A stretch of DNA of 64,000 nt from contig OZ024741.1 of the NCBI GenBank assembly GCA_964016885.1, forward strand, positions 228,098,001 to 228,162,000, given 5' to 3'. A program made the translations under genes and the position numbers. The DNA comes from Eledone cirrhosa (Eukaryota). Shown here piece by piece: positions 25,850 through 36,877 of this stretch. Below the pieces are notes generated by a model that saw only the letters and a list, made by a program, of their open reading frames with translations, did not search any database and had not been told where the DNA came from. Numbering within the stretch: position 1 is the stretch's first letter; each line of letters starts with the position of its first letter.

Positions 25850-27596
25850 GTATACACACGCAAGCGCGCAAAAATCATCACACTTAATAATTTTTTTCTT
25901 CAATCATTGATCTCATGTCGACCAATCACATTATTTGTTGTTTTATATATAGGTCACCGAGTTGGCATTTAATACATTTTTCACTACTAACATGGCTACC
26001 ATTTTAAGCGAAAAACGTACAAATATAATCCTTCTTCGTGAAGAATGCAATTCCCAGCGCCAACTATCTGTACGATTAGGTGTATCTAAGGCTGGTTTTC
26101 AAAAAGCTCTTGCCCGTAAGGCAACAACAAACACTCCTAACCCAAACAAGCGGTCTGGAAGACCACACAAGGTAGGAATTCAAACAGATTACATGATACG
26201 CCGACTTGCAGTATCAAATCCATCTGTTACCAACTCATATATCCAAACCCATCTTACTCGGGACACAAACATGTCATCTTCTACCATCCGACGGCGCTGT
26301 GTTAAGGACTTTAAACTTCATGCTTTTAAGCCAGCTGCCAAGCCTCAAGTTTCAAATAAAAGTATTAAGGACCGTCTGTGGTTCTGCAAGAGTTATCGTG
26401 ACTGGACTGCTACTCAATAGAGTGCGGTAATGTTTTGTGATGAAACATTAACAAGTTCCGGTCGCTCTCCAACAGGTTTGCGGTCGTGCCTTTGGCAGTG
26501 GAGATTTCTGGTGCCCTTGGCCCTACTCACCATCATAGGCGCTGAGCTGGCCAACCGCAGATGTGAGCCTTGAGAGATGGAATGGCTCTTCCAGCGCATC
26601 TTCCTTACTATCATGCTGGGAAACGCCTTCTCCATTCTGTCCGCCGGGGCTGTGGGGAGGCTAGCACGAATGAGATGGGGGCAATGACGGTGGGAGCTCG
26701 GCTCTTCCGTGTTCGGACATATTGTACCTGTCAAGAGTGTATATTGATGTACTTATAGCTGATATTTACAAATAGTGTGTCTGTAAGTGATAAAAGAAAG
26801 GAAGAAGGACGACATATTGTGAAAGATACTAAGAAAGGTTGTAGTCAGATATGACTGCTAGCACTATCATATATTTTGGTTTCTATTAATTCCCTAGGGA
26901 ATTGTTTGACCAAATGCTTTAGTTATCAGACAATGTGCACCTTATAATCACCATATAAGAAAACCACCTGGATAGCGTTATAATTCTCCTTATGTCAAAT
27001 CAACAGTTAAACATTCACAATCATTGGTGGTCTGGGGATTTATAAGCACAAGGTATGAGCTGCACCGACCATAATTCTAGCAAGGAAGCAAACATGTATT
27101 TGGAAATACAACATTATGGATGTATCGGCATGGTTGCAAGATATATCAACAATATTGTACTCCTTGCCATAAAGCAAAAACCATTAACCCATTTTTTCGA
27201 GAATCTGATATTGAAGTGCTGGCACCCTGGCCAGGTTCAAGTCCTGACTTAAACCCAATTTAAAACTGTTGGAAATTGATGAAAGACAAAGTTTCGAAGC
27301 TAAATCCCAGCTCAATTTCTGATTTACAACAAAAGCTTCTTACTGTATGGACATAACACATTAGTCATGAATGTTGCACCTTCCTAGTGAAATCGATATC
27401 TTGCTGAATTGCTGCAGTAAATGCTGCTAAAGGTCATCAAACAAAGTACAAACGTAGAATAGACAATTTGTAGCGTAATGCTTTGCGCTGTATGTTTGTA
27501 ATAATATACTATTTTTATCTAATAATAGTTCCTTGTTCAATATTAAGCTAACCTAATAAAATTATTGGGGTGGTCTCTGAATTATGCACAACACTG
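25850..27596 (+). mobile_element. Tc1/mariner DNA transposon relic
   Basis: HTH ORF 25962-26420 (RSGRPHK..DRLWFCKSYRDWT..VMFCDE), TVKH..VWG at ~27000, WPGSSPDLNPI*NCW at ~27225, right end ..CACTG|TA; left TIR not found. Confidence 0.82.
26452..26795 (+). mobile_element. 3' fragment of a CRE-clade (RLE) non-LTR element inserted in Tc1
   Basis: GC-rich; translates as ..VVPLAVEISGALGP..EWLFQRIFLTIMLGNAFSIL, matching the CRE C-terminal AVET.G..QRLS.AIQRGNA pattern. Confidence 0.7.
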
Positions 27597-27983
27597 TAGA
27601 TATGGCAAAGAGTTGTGATAGAATTACCATAGAAATGAAACAAAACTGTCATAGAAGCATCATAGAAGCGCCATAAACCTTGCATAGAAATATCTCGGAA
27701 CTCTCGTAGAAATGTTAGGACCGTCATAGAAGTGTTAGTGTGATATAGCTATCATAGAAAGAAATTACATAGAATTGTCATTAGATGTGCCTAACAGCTT
27801 TCGTAGAACTACCATAGAAATGTCAGAGAACACTCATAGTACATTCGTACACTCATTGGACTCTCATAGTATTACCATTAACAGTGTATTACAAATTCCA
27901 TATAACTATCATAGAACCGTCAAATAACTTTCGTAGAATTCACACAGCACTCTCTGGGACTTGTCATTAAAAGAAGATAAATA

Positions 27984-28439
27984 TGTAGTGACCCCTAGCG
28001 TCGAGAACCAGAAGTAATGAGAGTTACGTCGCGTGGGGACTATAAATTTCCCCTAGCGTCGAGAACCAGAAGTAATGAGTTACGTCCCATGGGGACTATA
28101 AATTCAGAGACCGAAGGTGCCCTACCTCTTACAAAGCCAACAGTCCTGGAGTTAAGATGTAACCTTGCCTTCTCCCACCTTTAGTTTACCCACGCCATGT
28201 GGAATGATTATATTAAGAGCAACTCTCTCACTAACTATGGTCGCAGACTACAACAGCCTCATGAACAAACAACGAATAACATTGTCAATCTTCGCAACTT
28301 GTGGTAATATGTTTATTGTTCTTTTTGACTCAAGTGAAGTAAACCTTTATATATAGAGAAAAACCATTTATTCTTATTATTTCATCTAACAACCATGTTA
28401 ATCCCATCTAACTATTTCTTAAAAATACCCTTTGTTAAA
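27984..28439 (+). repeat. 5' LTR with an internal ~55-bp tandem duplication
   Basis: TGTAGTGACCC...GTTAAA; 27992-28048 is repeated at 28051-28103 and is single in the 3' LTR. Confidence 0.9.
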
Positions 28440-28440
28440 T

Positions 28441-28456
28441 TGGTGACCCAGCCGTG
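28441..28456 (+). other. Primer binding site, probably degenerate tRNA-Trp
   Basis: TGGTGACCCAGCCGTG vs the tRNA-Trp complement TGGTGACCCCGACGTG. Confidence 0.7.
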
Positions 28457-29116
28457 GGAACTAAATGTTCCTTTAAAAAAGAAATAGAAGTGGTATTTAA
28501 GAAAGAAAGAAAAAACACGCATTTTCCTGATCATGGCTTCATTTGTCAACATCAACAACTTTCTCTTACAAAGCTTCTCATCTATATTCTACGATATGAT
28601 AAAACTTCACTTTTTCAAATTATTCACCAATCTTCCATTCTACGGAATATTTACAGTGACTTCGCTTTTATGTTTCGATTCATTACCAAACACTTGCTTC
28701 GTAATCTCAACAACAAAAGACAATACTACTAGCTTCCTAGCAAGAGAACGATCACATAAGGAGGACAAAACTGAACTTTTTGTAAAGAACAATTATGTAA
28801 TTTTTTTTTTTCTTTTCTTTCCTTTGCTGAAATTTTTGAAGATGTCAAGATGGCGGCTTTCTTCTTCATCAGTTTTTTTTGGGGGACGAAACCGTGCACC
28901 ATGTTGGATTTTGCTTTAGGTTCTCTGTAGATATATTGATAATGCCATTGTTTGCTTAGTCCCTCACTTACACAATATTTCGGATACATTCTTTTTCCTC
29001 TCCGGTTGTTTGAAGAAAAGACAGAAAAAAACAAGTGGATTTATTTTCTTTTTCCCTTGTGTTCGAGGTATTTTTCTTTACGGAGACGCATTTTGCCGCT
29101 TACTGAGATTGCACCA

Positions 29117-32100
29117 ATGGCATCTCATTCTATTCTCCCTATTTATACGGGCGACGTAAAGTTATGGTTCGCACAAATGGAAGCATTTTTCGAGGCTAAC
29201 AACATCGCCGAGGCACAGCAACGTCCCTTCGTCCTTAGTGCCATTCCTCCGTCACTTCTCCCAACTAATAAGGATCTCGTATTGGAGACACCGGCTGATG
29301 CTACTTACAAGTCGTTGAAGGCTGAGATACTCAGCCGGACTGCACAGTCCGCCAAGAAACGCTTTAGAGCTCTAGTCCATTTGGAGCATATCGGGGATGG
29401 CACTCCATCGAACCTCTTACGTCGAATGAAAGACTTAACAGTAGCGGAAACTGCGATATTGAAGCAGTTGTTTTTCTCACGGCTACCCACTAAAGTTCAA
29501 GCAATTTTGACCCCTATTAGGGATACATGTTCTGTGGACCAACTGGTCGCCTCTGTGGACAAGGTTTTTCCCCAGCTCAGGCCGTACCTGGCCATGCCAC
29601 CTGCGCGGAAGCTCATGCAGACAGCGCAGCTATAATGGCTATGCAAAAAGCTATTCTGGAATTCACCCTGGAGCTACAGAAGCTGAAGGCCTCTCGTAAT
29701 GCTCGTTCGCGCTCGCGCAGCCGCGGTAGATCTACCTCTTTCAGACACCGCCCCAGGTCACCAGCTTCACCTTTATGCTGGTACCACGAGCGTTTTGCTG
29801 AGAACGCGGACCACTGTGTACAGTCTTGTTATTTTGTGAAGTCGGGAAACGCCAGAGATTCGCTGAGGGCGGCAGTTGACCTCAGCGTAAAGCACCTGAA
29901 CCGCCACTTCTTCATCAACCTCCTGTCTGGAAGAGCCTTCCTCGTGGATACAGGAGCCTTCTGTAGTATTTGGCCGGTCCATTGCCTAAAGGATACCCCC
30001 GTGGAGTTTTCCCTTACTCTGCAGGCCGTTAACCACTCGCCTATAAAGACGTACGGACAAATCTCGCTTCCCCTCAAATTCCAAAATCTTCGTAGGGATT
30101 TTAAATGGATTTTTACGGCCGCTGACTTGCCATACCCAATCTTAGGAGCGGATTTCCTCCACAATTTCTCCTTGACAGTGGATATCGGGGGCCAACGTCT
30201 AGTGGATAACATCACCGGGTTCTCAATTCGTGGTCGAAGAGCCGGTGCTTCAACGGTTAGCCCAACCTACTTCATCGCTGCCGCTTGAAACGCCTACTAT
30301 TCGTTGTTAGAATCGTTCCCGGAGCTCATCGATGAAAATTTTCGAGTTACTGAGCCAACTCACTCAACCGAACATTTTATTTCCACAACCGGTGCTCCAG
30401 TATTTTCACATCCAATTCGTTTACCGGCGGACAAGTTAAAGTCAACACGGTCCGAGTTCGACCATATTCTGCAGCTGGGCATTATTCGCCCATCTACGAG
30501 TCCTTGCGCTTCCCCGTTACATATGGTGCCCAGGACTTCTGGCGACGGGAAACCCACTGGGGATTATAGGAAATTAAACGCGATGACCGTGCCGGATAGA
30601 TATCCGATTCCCCACCTCCAAAATCTCGCATCTACGTTGCAGGGTTGTAAGATTTTCTCCAAACTTGATTTAGTGCGAGCTTACCACCAAATTCCGGTCA
30701 GGAAAGAAGACATTCCGAAAACAGCTATTACGACTCCTTTCGGATCCTTCGAGTTTTTGACCATGCCTTTTGGACTCAGGAATTCCGCTAGCACTTTTCA
30801 GCGGTTCATAGACGAGGTCACTCGTGGTCTGGACTTCGTTTATGCATATATAGATGATCTTCTTGTCGCTAGTTCCTCTCCAGAAGAGCATATGCGTCAC
30901 CTGGACCTTTTATTTTGCCGACTCCAGGATTACCGCATTCAAATGAATCCCGCAAAGTGTGTTTTCGGATCCGCTTCACTGAATTTTTGAGGTCACATCA
31001 TCGACGCCGAGGGTATTCGACCCCTTCCACAGCGAGTTAAGGCTATACAGGATTTACCTCCGCCTACCTCACTTCTCCAGTTGCGTCACTTCCTAGGCCT
31101 AATCAATTTTTATAGACGTTTCGTTCCTCAATGTGCAAAATTACTGTTTTCCCTTACCGAAATTTTGAAAGATCGTCGTATGAAGAATGAGGATATTTCC
31201 TTGACACAAGCACAACTCGAAGATTTCCAGACTGCCAAGACAACACTTGCTAATTCATCTTTGCTAGCGCACCCAGTACCAGAGGCCAAGCTTTCGCTTA
31301 GTATCGATGCATCTGATACCGCTGTGGGAGCAGTTTTACAAAATATAACGCTGAAAACCAACAACCTTTGGCAGGAAGCTGAAACCGGCAGAAACTCGTT
31401 ACAGCACGTTTGGTCGGGAGTTATTAGCCATATATCTGTCGGTGAAACATTTTTCTCATATTCTTGAGAGAAGAAACTTTACGGTTTTCACTGACCACAA
31501 ACCTCTGACCTTCGCTTTGAGGGCTAAAGCCGACAAATATTTGCCCAGAGAGACAAGGCACCTCGATTACATTTCGCAGTTTACCAATGATATTCAGCAC
31601 ATTTCTGGGTCACTAAATACAGCTGCAGACGGCTTGTCACGCTTGCCAATCAGCTCGATTTCGTCATCCCAGGGGATAGATTTAAGTCGTTTGTCAGCAG
31701 ACCAAACTGCACTCGAATCGTTGGATACTTCATCAGTCGAATTTGCGATTTGTAACCTGAAATATCTGCCCTTGTCGACTACCGACAGGCAGATTCTCTG
31801 CGACATATCTACGGATTCACCACGACCTTATGTTCCCGAGACATACCGTCGAATTGTGTTCCTCGCTTTGCACAGCATTTCTCACCCAGGATCTTCAGCC
31901 ATAGTAAAGCTCATAACGGCTAGATTTTTCTGACCAAATATGATCGGGAAATTATTGCTTGGTGCCGTTCCTGCATACAGTGTCTAAAATCTAAAGTTCA
32001 CAGACACATCCAGACTCCACTCGGTACTTTTAGTACCCCGGATGCTCGTTTTCGACACATCCTCATCGATATCGTTGGACCTTGGCCAGTCAGTAGTGGA

Positions 32101-32940
32101 TATTCTTACTTTTTGACCTGCATTGATCGTTTTTCGCGATGGCCTGAAGCCATCCCCTTAAAGGACATTACCCCTGGTATCAGGGTGGATTTCCCGCTAT
32201 GGCGTGCCAACCACAATTACTTCAGACTGTGGTAGGCAATTTGAATCACATCTTTTTTCGGAGTTAACAAAAATTATTGGCGTTCAACGCATTCGGACCA
32301 CATCTTATCATCCTGCTTCAAACGGAATGGTGGAGCGTTTTCACCGCCAATTAAAGGCCGCTCTTCGTGCATATCCAGACTCTCTACGTTGGAGCAAGTA
32401 CCTTCCTATTGTGTTGTTAGGAATTAGGTCTTCAATAAAGGACTTTGGGTTCTCCCCGGCTAAATTATTGTATGGTGCTCCTCTAGCGTTTCCTGGGCAA
32501 ATGCTGGCCCCTGTTGATCTTGCTATTCAAGATCCTCTTTCCTACGTATCTCGTTTGCGCTCGTATCTTCAGGACTTACCACCTATAGATACCAGGAAAC
32601 AAACTATTAAAATTGCAGTCCCCGAGGGATATTGCCTCGTGGACACATGTCTTTGTCAGAAACGACGCTGTTAGTCCACCTCTCACACAACCGTTCTCTG
32701 GACACTAACGTGTGTTAGCACGTGCGGACAAACATTTCACTGTAGACATTAAGGGATCCAGCGAGACAATTTCGGTTGATAGACTAAAAAGAGCATACAC
32801 AGACGCTCATACACCTGAGCCACAAATACCCCAATCTTTCTCTATTGTACATACACCTGCTCCTTCTGCCCCACCTTCACCTACATACAAGACCACGACC
32901 CGTTCCGGTCGAAGAGTCCACTGGCCCCAAAAAACTCTGT
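29117..32940 (+). pseudogene. gag-pol polyprotein pseudogene (Gag-PR-RT-RH-IN order)
   Basis: ORF fragments 28952-29635, 29527-30288, 30304-30990, 31081-31467, 31442-31933, 32204-32674, 32712-33044. Confidence 0.9.
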
Positions 32941-33109
32941 CAAACAGTTTTCATCTGAACTGCCCACTATGGAGCCTTTTCTTTTTTCTTTTTCCCTGTA
33001 TTGTGTATACATGTACCTTTTTTTATTTCATACCTTTGCTTTGATCCCATTCTTGCGGGTTCGCCACAATTACCTTCGGGTTGTTCGCCTATCGTCTGGA
33101 GGAGGGTAT

Positions 33110-33507
33110 TGTAGTGACCCTAGCGTAGAGAAACAGAAGTAATGAGAGTTACGTCCCATGGGACTATAAATTGAGAGACCGAAGGTGCCCTACCTCTTAC
33201 AAAGCCAGCAGTCTTGGAGTTAAGATGTAACCTTGCCTTCTCCCACCTTTAGTTTACCCACGCCATGTGGAAGGATTATATTAAGAGCAACTCTCTCACT
33301 AACTATGGTCGCAGACTTTAACAGCCTCATGAACAAACAACGAATAACATTGTCAATCTTCGCAACCCGCGGTAATGTTTATTGTTCTTTTTTACTCAAG
33401 TGAAGTAAACCTTTATATATATATATATAAACCATTTATTCTTGTTATTTCATCTAACAACCATGTTAATCCCATCTAACTATTTCTTAAAAATACCCTT
33501 TGTTAAA
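33110..33507 (+). repeat. 3' LTR
   Basis: Matches the 5' LTR with scattered differences; preceded by a polypurine tract. Confidence 0.9.
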
Positions 33508-33807
33508 AATATATCGTAACTTAACTCTTGTAGAACTATTAAGTTCTGCTATCGACGTTTGAAAAATATTTCTTCTCTGTGACATTCCAGTACGTTTTTA
33601 TATATGGGTTCGCCGCAAGTATCAAATACATAAGCAATTAGACACAAACGATCAACTAGTTAAAATGAAATGGCTTCTTAATTAGATATTAATTATTGTT
33701 TAATTAATATATAATATATGATATGGAATATCGGGTGAACGGCTTCATATTACTGATTTGAATTTTATAAAGTCTACATTTCCTGAGCGCGCGTATATGT
33801 GCGTGTG

Positions 33808-33844
<37 letters not shown>

Positions 33845-34237
33845 GTGTCTGAGTGTGGTTGTGTGTGTGTGTGTATGTGTGTGGTTGTGTTTGTGTGTGT
33901 ATGTGTGTGTGTGTATGTATGTGTGTGATTGTGTGTGTGTGTGTGTGTGTGTATGTGTGTGTGTGTGTGTGTGTATTCGTCTACGCACGCGTGATATCTA
34001 ATTAAAATATGACCAGTCGGTGATCAGGTATTCTTCCACCCACATATCAGAAATAATTTACTCTTTTCCACTTTTAAGGAGTTTAAGCGACAATGCTGGT
34101 GGGTAATGATGACGATGGTGGTAGTAATGGTGATGGGGATGATGATGGTGGAGGTGATTATGATGGATTCAGATATAATAATCAAATCTCCCTCAAATAA
34201 CATCTTATTGACTAAAAGGGAAAGGGCAAATTATATA

Positions 34238-34396
34238 ATTGTTTCTACTTTTGGCACAAGGCCAGCAATTATCCCAGTGCATTACTGGTACTTTATTTTA
34301 TCGACCCCGTAAGGATGAAAGGCAAAGTTAACCTCGACGGGATTTGAACTCAGACTGTAAAGGGACGTAACTATGCTGGAAAGCATGGTGTCCGAA
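34238..34396 (-). mobile_element. SINE copy 4 (head truncated)
   Basis: Same body and B box. Confidence 0.82.
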
Positions 34397-35189
34397 TGTT
34401 GTCCTAGTTACACTGTTTCAATGAATAACGAGATAGACATGAATATAGCGTATTTTATGATAGGTGTCTTTAATTTAGGGTGATATATTAAATTTGGATA
34501 ATAGATTAAATCCATCGACTGTTTTAACATCACCAAGCGTTAGGATTGGGTGTTCGATCTGAGAATAACTTTCACTTTCCTCCTGCTTTTTCGAGAGGCC
34601 GTAAAAGTGGACATGGATACAGTCCGTCCCTCTTTGACTGAACAGTAAAAGGAAAATGAACAGTTCTGGATTGTGTCTGATATAAATAGCGTTTGGTTAT
34701 AAATTCTCTTTCTAGACGGAATAACAAGGGTGGATTTTTCGATGTTTGGCCAAAATGCCGTGACATATATAAAAACTATCCCCTAAAAGTTTCTTTTCTT
34801 TTCTTTTCTTTTCTTTTCTTTTCTTTTCTTTTCTTTTCTTTTCCTTTCCTTTCTTTTCTTTTCTTTTCTTTTCTTTTCTTTTCTTTGTTCGGTTATTTAT
34901 TTTATTTTATTTTATTTTTGTTATTTTTTGTCTATATGAAGAGAATAACACATTTGTTTACTTTTTCCAAACCTCGCCTATGACCTGTAACTTAAACTAC
35001 AATAAATTAAATTATACTTAGAATTTCTAATATACACAGTGTTGTCCATAGATATTTATTATATAATTAATTACGTCACCAACAAATGTACATTATACAA
35101 ATTAGGCTGACCATTACAGTAGGATTCTGGTTTGTGTTTGATATACATAGCGTTTGACTATAAATTCTCATTCTCGTAGACAGAATAGT

Positions 35190-35402
35190 GGTTTCTTATA
35201 TAGGCACAAGGCCAGCAATTTTTTTTGGGGGGGAGGGGAAAGTCGATTAAATCGACTCCAGTGCATGACTGGTACTTTATTTTATCGACCTCGTAAGGAT
35301 GAAAGGGCAAAGTTAACCTCGGCGGGATTTGAACTCAGGTCATAAAGGGCCGTAACTCTATGCTGCAAAGCATGGTGTCCGATACTGCCAATCCACTGCC
35401 TT
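35190..35402 (-). mobile_element. SINE copy 5 (long-tail subfamily)
   Basis: Same body; A and B boxes present. Confidence 0.85.
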
Positions 35403-35847
35403 TTCGTAAACAGAATAATAGGGGTAGTTTTCTCCTGATAATCAAGCAACTAGCCATAACACATAACAAATTGCAACCTAATATGTTTTGCATATAAAGA
35501 ACATAGCAGAATGTTTTCATGTTTGTTTAAATTTTCACAGCGAGACTTCTAAACTTTATTCATACTTACATTAAATTTACCATTAAAATATTGTTGGTTG
35601 CCAATTTTATTTCATTGGACCATATGCTTGACTTTAGTGCTTTTAAAACTTCATTTAGTTGAATGTTAATCGTAAAGTTTATTTCATTTTTTTTATTTGT
35701 TTATTATATTTCTTTCTTTCTTTATTTTTTTTTATAACTATTCTCTTTCTAGTCAGCTATAATATAAATATTGCGAATGACATGTTTCATTCGTTCTAAT
35801 TAAGCCACATTAAATAATTTCAATGTCCTATTAATTAAAACCTATTT

Positions 35848-35890
<43 letters not shown>

Positions 35891-35894
<4 letters not shown>

Positions 35895-36791
35895 TAGCGA
35901 GAATCGCATTTTGGCTAGTGGAAATTAGCGAAAAACAACTTCCGAATTGTGTGGCAAGCGCTCAATAGATACGAGTGAACTAGAGCAATAAATATACATT
36001 AAAAAGGCCATAAACACTGAGACGATGGTTAAACCATTAACCGCAAAGCCAAAAAGCGAGCAAGCTATTCGGGTCAAGCAAATAATAATATATGATTGAA
36101 AAATTTACCCGGACCCCTTTCGGAAATGGTGGTAAAATCCGATATAGGGTTTCTGCAAGTCCTAAATCAAGTACTGTCTGCTTAAACAAATAATGCTAAG
36201 CTTTTGGTATGATGATCGAACAAGGATGTCGCTTTTTCAACACGTATTTTGTTCTGTGCCAAGCTACGGGTCTCGCTGTTATCTGAACACACGTGCGGAC
36301 TCAAAAGGGAGAGAACCCCTAGTTTTGGCGGATGAATTCAGTATGTGTGGTTATTGCAAAATTGCAAAATATCACAAAACAAATTAAGCTCTCGACAGAA
36401 TAGTTTTTAAGATAAACATAAGCTATTAATCAGTCAATAGAATTAACTAAAAAAAATCCAAAAAATTAACTGGTTAATAGCTAGACTCGGGAGATTAATA
36501 CAAATATAAATTAACGAGAATCGCATTTCGGCTAGTGGAAATTAGCGAAAAGCAATTTCTGAATTGTGTGGCAAGGGCTCGATAGATACGAGTAAATTAG
36601 AGCAATAAATATACATTAAAAAGGCCATACACACTGAGACGATGGTTAAACCATTAACCGCAAAGCCAAAAATCGAGCAAGCTATTCGGGTCAAACAAAT
36701 AATAATATATGATTGAAAAATTTGCCTTTCGGAAATGGTGGTAAAATCCGGTATAGGGTTTCTGCAACTCCTATATCAAGTACTGTTTGCT

Positions 36792-36795
<4 letters not shown>
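35891..36795 (-). mobile_element. Non-coding element with ~290-bp direct repeats (35891-36185 / 36507-36795), in (TA)n; pLTR-like
   Basis: ~616-bp period, flanked by TA tracts; TATTGAGCGC motif near its minus-strand 3' end; no clean HHR found. Confidence 0.65.

Positions 36796-36875
<80 letters not shown>

Positions 36876-36877
<2 letters not shown>

Larger units (their letters stand above)
25500..27975. repeat. Degenerate ~11-bp-unit repeat (GAACTGTCATA-like) at 25500-25830 and 27597-27975, interrupted by Tc1; related inverted copy at 20491-20580
   Basis: Periodic ..CATAGA../..CGTAGA.. units; 25504-25590 is a diverged reverse complement of 20491-20580. Confidence 0.65.
27984..33507 (+). mobile_element. 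Ty3/Gypsy LTR retrotransposon, decayed full-length provirus
   Basis: LTRs 27984-28439 and 33110-33507, TSD AATA, PBS at 28441, PPT ~33097-33109; gag (WFAQMEAFF, CWYH..C..SC), PR (FLVDTGA), RT (YIDDLL), RH (DAS), IN ([24 protein letters not shown]). Confidence 0.95.
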
